Below are positions 36,349-46,987 of a DNA stretch of 64,000 nucleotides, piece by piece (positions within the stretch are counted from its first letter, which is position 1; every line of letters starts with the position of its first letter). Source of the stretch: an uncultured Actinomycetes bacterium (GTDB taxonomy: Bacteria; Actinomycetota; UBA4738; HRBIN12). A program made the translations under genes and the position numbers. The DNA is taken from contig CAVQPR010000001.1 of NCBI GenBank assembly GCA_963714865.1, forward strand, positions 2,316,173 to 2,380,172, read 5' to 3'. The notes under the pieces are model-generated. The model was not told the origin of the DNA. It ran no database searches and saw nothing but the letters and a program-made list of their open reading frames with translations.

Positions 36349-38976
36349 CTAGAAGGCCGTGAAGGTCTTCGAGAATCGACCGGCCGCCGGGTTGCCCGAC
36401 GCGTCCTCCAGCACGGCGGCCGGCACGTAGACGATCGTCACCGAGCCCACCGTGCCGAGGGATGCGCATCCGCTCCCTCCGCAGGTTCCTCCGACCGTCG
36501 CCGTGAGGATGTCATTCGGGGCGACGAGCGCGAGCTCGGAGCCCGTCCACGAGGCCGATGCACCGTTCGTTCCCACGTATCCGTCGTCGCCCGCGTCTAT
36601 GGAGCCCTGGATGAACCCCGCGATGGCAAGGCGGTCATCGCCAGACCCCGACGGGTCGGACAGCGTGAACGTGGTCGAGGGCGCCACGCTCGCCGGATCG
36701 AGCGGCTCGCTCCACTCGACCGTGAGCGAGTCACCCGCCTCGATCAGTCCGAGCGTGCCCGCGTTCTTCTTGCGCACCGCGATCGGAACGGGACCGGCCC
36801 GGTCGATCGGGGTCACCGCGCCGAGTGAAGGGCGGTTCCCGGCGGCGTCCTGGATCTGGTTCGGCGTCGTGAGTGACACCCTGAGGCTGCCGACCGTCGT
36901 GTCGTGATCACCCGCTCCCTCGGCGATCCGCAGCGTGGCGACGCTGCCGGATACCGACACGGATGCCAGGGTGCCCCTTGACGGGATGCCCGTCACGACC
37001 CAGCCCGCAACGCAGGCGCCGACACAGGATGCGAGCGGCTCGTTGAACAGGACCCGGATCGCGTCGATCCGCCCGTCGGAATCCTCGTCGAGCATCTGGG
37101 TGCCCGTCCGTCCCGGGGCCGTGCCGTCGCCAGGGTCCTTGACCCGGACGATCGTGAAGCGTTTCACCCGGTTGTTCGACCTGTTCGGGTCGAGGCCCCC
37201 CGCCGTCGCCCTCGGTTTGAAGACGACGGTCATCGGCTCGCCGGGAGCTCGAACGGTGAGTCTGATCTTCTGGGTCGCGCCCTTCGGGAGCTTGCGAACG
37301 ATGCAGGTCACCGTCGATCCCACCGAACACCATCCGGGCACCGACCTCAACGTGGTTCCGGCGGGGATCGGCGCCTTCACGACGATCCTCTTCGCCTTGC
37401 GTGGCCCCAGGTTGCCGACCTTCAGCGTGTAGGTGAGCGGCGTGCCCGGCGCGACCTTGTTCCAAGAGGCCACCGTCAATGAGACGTCGGCCGAGCCGCC
37501 CCCTCGCTTCACCACGGTCGTGGCCGCGGCGGAGTTGTTGCCGGACGAAGGATCGTTCGCGTTCGAGGCCACGCGCACTCGGTTGGTTCGCTTGCCGGCG
37601 GCTCCTGCGCGCGCCTTGATCATCACATCGATCTCCTCGCCGACATCGAGGTTGCCCAGGCTGCATGTCAGCGTTCTCGTGGCCGCGTCGAAGGCGCATC
37701 CGGCGTTGTCGCTGCGGTACGTGAGGGACGCCGGCAGCGTGTCCGTCACCACCACGCCGGTCGCCAGATCCGGTCCTGCGTTCGTCACCCTCGCCTGGTA
37801 GGTGATCATCGCGCCGGAGTTCACAGGATCGGGGGAGGCGGTCATCGTCACCCGCAGGTCGGCGCGGGACGCCAGGCCCGTGTCGGTGAACTGGGCGAAG
37901 TGCGGCGCGAACCTTCCCGCCACATGATCGAAGTCGCCACCCACGTACAACTTGTTGTTGTGGCCCTCAACCGCGAAGACACCGAGGAACCCGTTCGAAG
38001 TCGGCAGCCAACTCGTGTCCAGCGCGCCCGTGGCGGGGTCGACCCTCACGAGCTGCTGAACGGCCACCCCGTCGTAGGTGAAGAAGTGACCTCCGAAGAA
38101 CGCGAAGTCGCCCTGGACCCCCACCCCCTGGATGTTGCCGTCACCTCGCTCCTCCCACAGGCGGGCCCCGGTCGCCAGGTTCATCGCCGCCGCCCGGCCG
38201 CCTCCGCCGCCCCCGGCAAGGAACAGGCGCGCCCCGTCCGCCGCCATGTCGAGCACCGGGTACAAGGGGTGGTAGGGGATCGCGATGGAGGCGCCCGACG
38301 TCGGGTGAACGGCCGCCAGGCGCCCCTGGTTGGTTCCGTTGACCTGAACGAAGTTGCCGCCGAGGTAGACGCGACCAGAGGCGGGCACGATCGCGCGGAC
38401 GAGATCGTCCGCGGAGGGGTTCCAGGTCCCGAGGGAGGCGTCATCGACGTCGACGGACGCCAGACGCTCTCGAGCGGTTCCTCCGATCGACGTGAAACTG
38501 CCCCCCACGTACAGGGTGGTCCCGTCGACCGCCAGCGCGCGCACGGTCGAGTTCGGGGATGGAGCTTTCCACGGCAGGAGATCCCACGTTGTGGTGTCGT
38601 AGGCGGCGAGCTTCCGGCGGCTGATACCGTCCGCCTGGTTGAAGTTCCCGCCGACGAACAACGTGCCGCCGTCCTCGGAGAGCGCCAAGGCAAACACCTT
38701 GCCGTCCAGGTTGGGGTTCCATGTGGTCGGCTCTCCGGTCGAGGCGCTGAGCGAGCCCAGGAAGTTCCTCGTCACGCTGCTGGCTCGGTTCCGAAGTCGT
38801 CCGAAATCCCCGCCGAGGACGACGACGCTGCCCACCCGCAGGATCGCGTTCACGCGCTCGTCGGCCCCCCATATGTCGTCGGGTTGCTGCTGGACCGCGG
38901 CATGGACGGCGGGAGCGAACGTGGCGACGAGCGCGACGACGAGGGCGACCAGCACGGAGCGACGACCGATGTTCAC
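36349..38976 (-). CDS. Secreted multidomain surface protein (beta-propeller repeats, DUF11-type repeat domains, Ig-like C-terminal modules)
   Basis: Signal peptide ...VATFAPAVHA. Repeated GG.F....G..R..LAA blades. DUF11-like LRVTMTASPDPVNSGAMITYQARVTNAGPD...TDTLP. Confidence 0.7.
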   Translation of the reverse strand: MNIGRRSVLVALVVALVATFAPAVHAAVQQQPDDIWGADERVNAILRVGSVVVLGGDFGRLRNRASSVTRNFLGSLSASTGEPTTWNPNLDGKVFALALSEDGGTLFVGGNFNQADGISRRKLAAYDTTTWDLLPWKAPSPNSTVRALAVDGTTLYVGGSFTSIGGTARERLASVDVDDASLGTWNPSADDLVRAIVPASGRVYLGGNFVQVNGTNQGRLAAVHPTSGASIAIPYHPLYPVLDMAADGARLFLAGGGGGGRAAAMNLATGARLWEERGDGNIQGVGVQGDFAFFGGHFFTYDGVAVQQLVRVDPATGALDTSWLPTSNGFLGVFAVEGHNNKLYVGGDFDHVAGRFAPHFAQFTDTGLASRADLRVTMTASPDPVNSGAMITYQARVTNAGPDLATGVVVTDTLPASLTYRSDNAGCAFDAATRTLTCSLGNLDVGEEIDVMIKARAGAAGKRTNRVRVASNANDPSSGNNSAAATTVVKRGGGSADVSLTVASWNKVAPGTPLTYTLKVGNLGPRKAKRIVVKAPIPAGTTLRSVPGWCSVGSTVTCIVRKLPKGATQKIRLTVRAPGEPMTVVFKPRATAGGLDPNRSNNRVKRFTIVRVKDPGDGTAPGRTGTQMLDEDSDGRIDAIRVLFNEPLASCVGACVAGWVVTGIPSRGTLASVSVSGSVATLRIAEGAGDHDTTVGSLRVSLTTPNQIQDAAGNRPSLGAVTPIDRAGPVPIAVRKKNAGTLGLIEAGDSLTVEWSEPLDPASVAPSTTFTLSDPSGSGDDRLAIAGFIQGSIDAGDDGYVGTNGASASWTGSELALVAPNDILTATVGGTCGGSGCASLGTVGSVTIVYVPAAVLEDASGNPAAGRFSKTFTAF

Positions 38977-39144
38977 TGCGGGCTGGCCCTTTCGTCGTGG
39001 AACGTCGTAGGCACCCTACCGACGCGAACTCCGATGGTCATCGGGACCATGGTCGTAGGACGAACGGACCGAGAGCGACATCGGATCGTTCGGGCGAACA
39101 TGTGTGCCGTGGCCGCGTAGCGTCGGTAGACTTTCACGGCACCG

Positions 39145-39219
39145 GGCGGCGTAGCTCAGAGGTAGAGCAAGCGGCTCATAATCGCTGTGTCGGTGGTTCG
39201 AGTCCACCCGCCGCTACCA
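39145..39219 (+). tRNA. tRNA-Met, elongator type (anticodon CAT), CCA encoded
   Basis: Acceptor GGCGGCG/CGCCGCT (G1-U72), anticodon loop CTCATAA, and no GGG/CCC initiator signature. A lysidine-modified tRNA-Ile2 cannot be excluded from sequence alone. Confidence 0.8.
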
Positions 39220-39265
39220 CGCCGGTCGACCGGACCGACCAGATCGAGGGATGAAGGAACGGGTC

Positions 39266-40450
<1,185 letters not shown>

Positions 40451-40460
40451 GGATCCCGAG

Positions 40461-40625
40461 ATGGCCAAGGCGGACAACCGACCGAAGATCACGCTCGCCT
40501 GCGGCGAGTGCAAGCGGCGCAACTACCACACCGTGAAGAACAAGGTGAATGACCGCGACCGCATCGAGCTGAAGAAGTACTGCCGGTGGTGCCGGCAGCA
40601 CACCGTGCACAAGGAAACCCGCTAG
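40461..40625 (+). CDS. rpmG: 50S ribosomal protein L33 (54 aa; below the ORF-track cutoff)
   Basis: Own translation: [54 protein letters not shown], with a CxxC...CxxC zinc ribbon. Confidence 0.9.
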   Translation: MAKADNRPKITLACGECKRRNYHTVKNKVNDRDRIELKKYCRWCRQHTVHKETR

Positions 40626-41347
40626 GCGGGTTCGACCTCCGACGCGGCGGCGAGCTCGCTGTCGGTCGATACGTCGACCGTCCTGACCTTCCCGTAGCGG
40701 ATGGCCGCGACGATGGCGTCGAGCTTGGAGTGCACGCCGAGCTTCGTGAGCACGTTCTGAGTGTGGGTGCGCAACGTGTGCCGGCTCATCCCGAGCTCTG
40801 TCGAGATCTGTTCGGGCGTGAGGCCGTCGGCCATCAGCTGCAGGATCTGCAGTTCTCGCGGCGTGAGGCGCTCGACCCGCTGTGCCAGGTTCCCGTCGAC
40901 GGCTCGTCGTAGCTTGAGCCGGCGGGCAGATTCCTCAACGGCGGCGCTGGCGTGCAGCGGCTCGCCGCGGTGGGCGCGGCGCACGGCCTCAGCCAGGTCG
41001 AGTACGGCGTCGCTCTTTGGCAAGAATCCGCGCGCTCCCGACTGGATCGCCTGCGCGAGCGACACCTCGTCCTCGTGGCCCGACAGGATGATCACGGCGG
41101 TGCCACGGGTTTCAGCGTGGATCCGACGGGCGGCCTCGATCCCCGAGACGCCGGGCATCTGCATGTCGAGCAGGATCACGTCCGGCTTGTGCCGGATCGC
41201 AGATTCCACGGCGGTCGTTCCGTCGGTGACAACCTCGACCACGCTGAGGTCGCTCTCGCGATCCAGGGCGACCTCGAGCGCCTCGCCGAAGGAGCGGTGG
41301 TCATCGGCGATCACCACCGTGATCGCATCGGAAGGGGTCGTGGGCAT
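40622..41347 (-). CDS. NarL/LuxR-family response regulator
   Basis: Receiver domain (VVIADDH...[12 protein letters not shown]) and LuxR HTH ([44 protein letters not shown]). The stop shares the palindrome CTAG with the rpmG stop. Confidence 0.85.
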   Translation of the reverse strand: MPTTPSDAITVVIADDHRSFGEALEVALDRESDLSVVEVVTDGTTAVESAIRHKPDVILLDMQMPGVSGIEAARRIHAETRGTAVIILSGHEDEVSLAQAIQSGARGFLPKSDAVLDLAEAVRRAHRGEPLHASAAVEESARRLKLRRAVDGNLAQRVERLTPRELQILQLMADGLTPEQISTELGMSRHTLRTHTQNVLTKLGVHSKLDAIVAAIRYGKVRTVDVSTDSELAAASEVEPA

Positions 41348-41437
41348 CGCTTCGCGAATCGTAGGGTGCCACCAGCAGATATGCACGCATCTGGAGGCAA
41401 GTTGCCGTAGGTCGTTCGCCCCGGGTAGGTTCCGCGC

Positions 41438-41824
41438 GTGAACCCAGCGGCCGAAGGCACCGTCTACCCCGCCGCCTCGTTCGCCCTCGAGCCCGATCGA
41501 CTGGCAGCGTTCCGCGACGTGTTCGGGCAGACGGATGGCGTCCCGCCGACGTTCGTCACGGCCGCCGAATTCGCCGTGTTCCCTCAGATACTGGCCGACC
41601 CCGCGCTTGATATCGATCTCGCTCGGGTTCTCCACGGAGGCCAAGAGTATGAGTACCGTCGGCCGCTGATCGAGGGCGAGACGCTGACGGTCCGGGCGTG
41701 GATCGATTCGATCCGGGTGCGGACCGGTACGGGCTTCCTCGTGGTGGTGATGGAGATGAGCGACGAAGGGGGAGCCGTGGTTGCCGTGGCGCGTTCGACG
41801 TTGATCGAGCGGGGAGCGGCGTGA
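41438..41824 (+). CDS. MaoC-like hot-dog dehydratase, HadA-like N-terminal-type subunit
   Basis: Same position as mycobacterial hadA, between rpmG and tRNA-Trp/secE. Carries the ...VLHGGQEYEYRRPL... motif. Confidence 0.65.
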   Translation: MNPAAEGTVYPAASFALEPDRLAAFRDVFGQTDGVPPTFVTAAEFAVFPQILADPALDIDLARVLHGGQEYEYRRPLIEGETLTVRAWIDSIRVRTGTGFLVVVMEMSDEGGAVVAVARSTLIERGAA

Positions 41825-42234
41825 GATTCGACGACGTCGAGGTGGGGGAACGGCTGCCCGATCTGGCTCGAGTCGTGACCCGTAAGCACGTGCGGGCGTA
41901 TGCGCACGCGAGCGGCGATCACAACCCGCTACACCAAGACGACGACGTCGCGATGTCGGCCGGGTTCGATGGCGTCATCGCCCACGGGATGTTCACGATG
42001 GGGCACATGGCCGCGTGCATCACGCGCTGGGCCGGTCGAGACGCATCGGTCATGGCCATCTCGGCGCAGTTCCGTGCCCCGGTGCCGATCGGAGCGACCC
42101 TCGTCGCCGGCGGGAGGGTGACCTCCATCGATCCGGATGAGCGGACGGTCTCGATCGAGTCCTGGGTCACGATGATGCGCGGTGACCGCATGGAGCATCC
42201 GATCAAGCGCGGCGCGGCCGTGGTTCGCTTCTAG
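41821..42234 (+). CDS. MaoC-domain (R)-specific dehydratase, HadB-like
   Basis: GTGA overlap with the upstream gene. Hydratase motif YAHASGDHNPLHQDDDVA...IAHGM. Confidence 0.75.
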   Translation: MRFDDVEVGERLPDLARVVTRKHVRAYAHASGDHNPLHQDDDVAMSAGFDGVIAHGMFTMGHMAACITRWAGRDASVMAISAQFRAPVPIGATLVAGGRVTSIDPDERTVSIESWVTMMRGDRMEHPIKRGAAVVRF

Positions 42235-42238
42235 ACAC

Positions 42239-42267
42239 GAGAGGGGCGGCCCGAAGGCCGCCCTCTC
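42239..42267. terminator. Strong GC hairpin between convergent genes
   Basis: GAGAGGGGCGGCC-cgaa-GGCCGCCCTCTC, with one bulged G. Confidence 0.45.
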
Positions 42268-42285
42268 GCCTGGGAACCTGCGGGA

Positions 42286-43971
42286 TCAGCCGACGTCGTA
42301 GCGGCGTCCGGACCCCGACATGGCCCGGATCGCGTCGCCCATCCGCTCGATCACGACCTGGAGGTCGTTGCCGTATCCCTCGTCGACTCGGATCGTGAGG
42401 CGGTCGATCTTTTCGCCGAGCACCTCCGCGACCTTGATCATCGCTTCGGCCGTCGACTGGGTCTCGGTGTGGAGCTGATCCGAGACGGCCCTGAACCGCG
42501 TGTCCATCGATCCGACGACCTCGGTCGCCATGCCCGCCTGGAGCTCCTTCATCGTGCGCAGCGTCTCGCGCAGAAGCTCGGGATCGATCGACGGCGCGGG
42601 AGGCCCGCCGAACGAGGTATCGCCGAGCGCGGTTGCCAGGCGCTCGTTGTCCGAGCGGATCAGGCGCGCGATCGCCGTCATGCGGTCGTCGACGTGCTCC
42701 ATGAGCCGCCGCTCGGCCTCGGCCTGCACCTCCTGGAGGCGCTCCTCCGCCACTCCCTGCGACTCGGCCAGCATGGTGTCGATCCCGTCCATCGCCCCGA
42801 CGGACGTGTCCATCCGGGCCACCTGGGCCTCGATCTGTTGACGGATCTCCTCGACGTGGCGGTCCATCGCCGCGTTCGTCGCGGTTGCCAGGGCGGCTAC
42901 CTGTTCCTCCGCGGTCCTCGACACGACCTGAACCTGGCGCTCGGTCGCCACCGTGAGAGCCCGCATGTGCTCCTCGAACGAGGCCACGAGCGGGGCCGTA
43001 TCGACGGTTCCCTCGCCGTCGATCGTGACGGCCGTGCGCTGTTCGAACCGTTCGCGTAGGGCATTCGAATCGGACCGGATCAGCTCTCCCAATGAGCGCA
43101 TCCGAGCCTCTATCAGGGCCTCGATCGACTCACGGATCTGCCCGACGTTTGGATCGCCCACGCCGATCCGTTCCGACATCAGATCCAGACGCTCGGTCAG
43201 GGGCGCCATCGCGGCACCCACGTTGTCGCCGATGCTGTCGGCCAGGTGGGTGTCGAGCTGCGCGAACGCCTCCGCGTGTTGCTCGACGCGCTGTGCGAGA
43301 TACCCCATCGCTTCGGTGCCGCCCTGTACGTATCCCTGCATCGCCTCGCTGATCCGATTCGTCTCGCGGGCGATCAGCTCACCGTGCTCTTGGACCTGAC
43401 GAAGGACGCCCTCGGTCAGGGCGCGATCGCGCTCCTCCAGATGTTGGAACGTGGCGGCGATGTGGGCCTCCACCTGCTCGAGCTGGTCCCGGACCGCCTC
43501 GACCCCCTGGAGCGTGGGGGACTCGGCGATCGAGCGGATGGCAGAGGTCGAGTCCTCCATCGCCGCGCGGGTCTTCTGCCCGGAGGCCGCAAGCTCGGCC
43601 ACGTGATCCTCCAGGCGGGTGGAGCGAACGGACAACGCCTGGAACCGCTCGTCGGAGGAGGCGAGCAGGCTGCGGATCGCCTGGTCTCGTGAGAGCAAGG
43701 ACACGATGCGGTCCTGTTCGGGGCGCGCGTCACCCGCGCCCGAGCGCCAGACCTCCGACGCCACCTCGCGCATCAGGCTCGTGGCCTCCTGCTCTATCGT
43801 GTGCAGGCCGGCCTCGAGCCGCTCGTCGATCGTCCGCTGGAGCGCCTCGGCGATGCGGTGCTCCGACGGCGTCATCATCGGCTCTGAGGCCGCCGTGGAC
43901 TCCTGACGGCGAAACATCCCACGCCGAGGGGTACCGGCGTGTTCCGGCTGGTAGTTCGCTCGCTCATCCAT
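42286..43971 (-). CDS. 561-aa all-helical / coiled-coil-like protein, unassigned
   Basis: No TM segment or signal peptide. Rich in E/R/A/L/Q throughout. Internally recurring ...LIRSD(S/N)..L... segments. Confidence 0.6.
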   Translation of the reverse strand: MDERANYQPEHAGTPRRGMFRRQESTAASEPMMTPSEHRIAEALQRTIDERLEAGLHTIEQEATSLMREVASEVWRSGAGDARPEQDRIVSLLSRDQAIRSLLASSDERFQALSVRSTRLEDHVAELAASGQKTRAAMEDSTSAIRSIAESPTLQGVEAVRDQLEQVEAHIAATFQHLEERDRALTEGVLRQVQEHGELIARETNRISEAMQGYVQGGTEAMGYLAQRVEQHAEAFAQLDTHLADSIGDNVGAAMAPLTERLDLMSERIGVGDPNVGQIRESIEALIEARMRSLGELIRSDSNALRERFEQRTAVTIDGEGTVDTAPLVASFEEHMRALTVATERQVQVVSRTAEEQVAALATATNAAMDRHVEEIRQQIEAQVARMDTSVGAMDGIDTMLAESQGVAEERLQEVQAEAERRLMEHVDDRMTAIARLIRSDNERLATALGDTSFGGPPAPSIDPELLRETLRTMKELQAGMATEVVGSMDTRFRAVSDQLHTETQSTAEAMIKVAEVLGEKIDRLTIRVDEGYGNDLQVVIERMGDAIRAMSGSGRRYDVG

Positions 43972-44102
43972 GACGTCTCACGATCTGGGGCCGCCGCGGA
44001 ACGTCGTGGCGAGCATAGGCCACGACCCGGGCTGGAACACGCAAGCGAGCGGGAATCCTGCGCCGTGCTCGGAGTCGACCTCTCGGCCCGCACAGGCGAG
44101 CT

Positions 44103-44132
44103 TTGCCGGGACCTCCGGACGGACCCTATACT
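44103..44132 (+). promoter_or_regulatory. Candidate sigma-A promoter TTGCCG-N18-TATACT upstream of tRNA-Trp/secE/nusG
   Basis: -35 at 44103-44108 and -10 at 44127-44132. The tRNA 5' end lies at 44165. Confidence 0.4.
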
Positions 44133-44164
44133 GGACCCTCCGAAGTCCCCCGGGGGATCGGCGG

Positions 44165-44238
44165 AGGCGCGTAGCTCAATTTGGTAGAGCACCGGTCTCC
44201 AAAACCGGCGGTTGGGGGTTCAAGTCCCTCCGCGCCTG
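44165..44238 (+). tRNA. tRNA-Trp (anticodon CCA), 3' CCA not encoded
   Basis: Acceptor AGGCGCG/CGCGCCT, anticodon stem CCGGT/ACCGG with loop CTCCAAA, T-loop TTCAAGT. Confidence 0.9.
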
Positions 44239-44251
44239 CAAGGGAACGACT

Positions 44252-44557
44252 ATGAACAGAGAGATGAAGAGGATGCAGGAGCGCGCCGAGCGCTCCTCGA
44301 AGAAGACCGGCAAGGAACGCCGGGCGGCTCAGGCGACCGCGCAGCGACGTCCCGCGGCGCCCGAGAAGCGCAAGCGCACCGGCGCCCGCCAGTTCCTTCG
44401 GGAAGTCCGCCTCGAGCTCAAGAAGGTGGACTGGCCCACCAGACGAGAGCTCATCTCGTACACGATCGTCGTGCTCGCGACGATCATCGTGATGACCGCC
44501 TACGTGTTCGGGCTCGACTACGCGTTCTCGCGTGCGATCTTGAACGTGCTCGGCTGA
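44252..44557 (+). CDS. secE: Preprotein translocase subunit SecE
   Basis: Basic N-terminus, then [39 protein letters not shown]. Confidence 0.9.
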   Translation: MNREMKRMQERAERSSKKTGKERRAAQATAQRRPAAPEKRKRTGARQFLREVRLELKKVDWPTRRELISYTIVVLATIIVMTAYVFGLDYAFSRAILNVLG

Positions 44558-44574
44558 CGATCGAAGGACACGCA

Positions 44575-45705
44575 GTGACCACCGAAGACATCACACAGAC
44601 CAACGACGACCGCACTCCGATGGCCGACGCGTTGGAGGCGGCCGCCGAGGTACACGAGATCGCCGACGAGGCTGCCGCCGAGACCCTGGCCGAGGCCGTA
44701 GACGAAGCCGAGGCGGTGCAGGAGGTGGCCGACGTCACTGCGGCCGCGGTCCTTGAGGACGCCGCCGATGCCGCCGATGCTCTCGCCGAGGCCGGTGACG
44801 ACGAGGCCGCCGTCGACGCCCTCACGGCCGGCCTGACCGAGGCGATCGAGGTCGAAGAGACGGCCCAGCTGGTCGAGGAGGAGATCCTGGCGGAGGCCGT
44901 GATCGAGGCAGAGGTCATGGAGGAGACCGCCGACGAGATCGGCGCCGAACTCGTGACCGAGGCGGCCGAGACCGACCGAGACATCGCCGATTCCGAGTAC
45001 CTCGAGATGGAGGCCAACCAGGGCGACGGCGAGCTGCCCGTGGACCTGGGGCACGTCCAGGCAGCCGGGGGCGACGAGCCCGAGGCGGTCGGGCCGATCG
45101 CCCACGACACCCCCGCAGAGCCGATCGCCCACGACACCCCCGCAGAGCCGGTCGCCGATGATCCGTTCGGCGGCCCCGGCGAGTGGTACGTCGTGCACAC
45201 CTACGCGGGCTATGAGAACAAGGTGAAGACGAATCTCGAGTCGCGCATCCACACGATGCAGATGGAGGACAAGATCTTCCGAGTCCACATCCCGATGGAG
45301 GATGTGATGGAGATCAAGGGCGGCAAGAAGCAGGTCGTCCAGAAGAAGGTCTTCCCGGGGTACCTGCTCGTGAAGATGGAATACGACAACGACTCCTGGT
45401 ACGTGGTGCGCAACACGCCGGGCGTGACCGGGTTCGTAAGCGCCGGCACCGGTACCAAGCCGACGCCACTATCGCGTCGCGAGGTCGAGAAGATCCTCGT
45501 GGTCAAGAAGGAAGAGGCCAAGCCGGCGTTCCGCATCGGCTTCGAGGAGGGCGACGTCGTGCGGATCATCTCCGGGCCATTCGCCGACTTCAACGGCACC
45601 ATCAGCGAGATCAACGTGGACCAAAGCAAGCTGAAGGTCCTCGTCAACATCTTCGATCGGGAGACCCCGGTCGAGCTTGGCTTCGACCAGGTGTCGAAGG
45701 TCTAG
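44575..45705 (+). CDS. nusG: Transcription termination/antitermination factor NusG with ~200-aa acidic N-terminal extension (start uncertain: GTG 44575 or ATG 44620)
   Basis: NGN domain [22 protein letters not shown]... starts near 45178. KOW domain [22 protein letters not shown]. Confidence 0.9.
   Translation: MTTEDITQTNDDRTPMADALEAAAEVHEIADEAAAETLAEAVDEAEAVQEVADVTAAAVLEDAADAADALAEAGDDEAAVDALTAGLTEAIEVEETAQLVEEEILAEAVIEAEVMEETADEIGAELVTEAAETDRDIADSEYLEMEANQGDGELPVDLGHVQAAGGDEPEAVGPIAHDTPAEPIAHDTPAEPVADDPFGGPGEWYVVHTYAGYENKVKTNLESRIHTMQMEDKIFRVHIPMEDVMEIKGGKKQVVQKKVFPGYLLVKMEYDNDSWYVVRNTPGVTGFVSAGTGTKPTPLSRREVEKILVVKKEEAKPAFRIGFEEGDVVRIISGPFADFNGTISEINVDQSKLKVLVNIFDRETPVELGFDQVSKV
45094..45147 (+). 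repeat. Perfect 27-nt in-frame tandem duplication inside the nusG extension (PIAHDTPAE x2)
   Basis: ccgatcgcccacgacacccccgcagag at 45094-45120 and again at 45121-45147. Confidence 0.95.
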
Positions 45706-45765
45706 GACAACCGAGAGTGCGGGAGGCCGCCGCGTGCGGCCGCTAGGCACCGCAGGAGGTGGAAC

Positions 45766-46197
45766 ATGGCACCGAAGAAGAAGGTGCTCGCGTTGGTCAA
45801 GCTCCAGATCCGGGCCGGCTCGGCGACGCCGGCCCCCCCCGTCGGTACGGCGCTGGGGCAGCACGGCGTGAACATCATGGACTTCTGCAAGCAATACAAC
45901 GAGGCGACGCAGCAGTTCGGCGGCCAGGTCATCCCGGTCGAGCTCACGATCTACGAAGACCGTTCGTTCTCGTTCATCACGAAGCAGCCGCCGGCGGCCG
46001 AGTTGATCAAGCAGGCGGCCGGCATCGAGAAGGGCTCCGGCGAGCCGAACCGCGAGAAGGTGGCCAAGCTCTCGCAGGCCCAGGTTCGCACGATCGCCGA
46101 GCAGAAGATGGTCGACCTCAACGCCAACGACGTGGACATGGCGATGCGCATCATCGCCGGAACGGCACGCAGCATGGGCGTGGAGGTGGAGGCATGA
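45766..46197 (+). CDS. rplK: 50S ribosomal protein L11
   Basis: [45 protein letters not shown]... Confidence 0.97.
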   Translation: MAPKKKVLALVKLQIRAGSATPAPPVGTALGQHGVNIMDFCKQYNEATQQFGGQVIPVELTIYEDRSFSFITKQPPAAELIKQAAGIEKGSGEPNREKVAKLSQAQVRTIAEQKMVDLNANDVDMAMRIIAGTARSMGVEVEA

Positions 46198-46910
46198 GCC
46201 CCGGCAAGCGGTACCGCGGCGCGCTCCGCCAGTACGACCCCGAGCAGCACTTCATGCCGCGTGAGGCCCTCTCGATCCTGAAGTCGTTGCCGGACGCGAA
46301 GTTCGACGAGACGATCGAGGTCACGTTCCGGCTTGGGATCGACACCCGCAAGTCCGAGCAGTCGCTCCGCGGCACCGTGAGCCTGCCACACGGAACCGGC
46401 AAGTCGGTGCGCGTGGGCGCGTTCGCCGTCGGCGAGAAGGCACGAGAGGCGACCGAGGCGGGGGCCGACGTGGTGGGGGGCGAGGAACTGGTCGAGCAGG
46501 TCATGAAGGGGGAGATCGACTTCGACGCCGCCGTCGCGACCCCCGACATGATGGCCTCGGTCGGCAAGGCGGGCCGCGTCTTGGGGCCTCGGGGTCTCAT
46601 GCCCAACCCCAAGACCGGCACGGTGACGAACGACATCGGCAAGGCCGTGGCCGACATCAAGGGCGGCAAGGTCGAGTACCGGGCCGACCGCACCGGCAAC
46701 GTCCACATGATCATGGGCAAGAAGTCATTCGGCGAGGAGCAGCTGGTCGATAACTACATGGTCGCCGTCGAGGAGATCCTGCGCGTCAAGCCCTCCTCGG
46801 CCAAGGGCCGCTACATCAGGTCGCTCACGATCTCATCGACGATGGGACCGAGCATCCGGATCGATCCCACGAAGCCGAAGGGGGTCGACACGGTGGCGGC
46901 CGAGCTGTAG
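46194..46910 (+). CDS. rplA: 50S ribosomal protein L1
   Basis: ATGA overlap with the rplK stop. ...[34 protein letters not shown]... Confidence 0.95.
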   Translation: MSPGKRYRGALRQYDPEQHFMPREALSILKSLPDAKFDETIEVTFRLGIDTRKSEQSLRGTVSLPHGTGKSVRVGAFAVGEKAREATEAGADVVGGEELVEQVMKGEIDFDAAVATPDMMASVGKAGRVLGPRGLMPNPKTGTVTNDIGKAVADIKGGKVEYRADRTGNVHMIMGKKSFGEEQLVDNYMVAVEEILRVKPSSAKGRYIRSLTISSTMGPSIRIDPTKPKGVDTVAAEL

Positions 46911-46987
46911 CTGCGCTGCGGGCGTCGACTGCCTACCGCCCGCACACCCCAGTCGTGTAGCGTGGCCGCACCGTCGAGTCGGAGGAG

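Noticed and set aside
39103-39132. Promoter for tRNA-Met/tuf (TGTGCC-N18-TAGACT)
   Set aside because: The -10 is plausible but the -35 matches the consensus at only 2 of 6 positions, so it is not reported as a feature.
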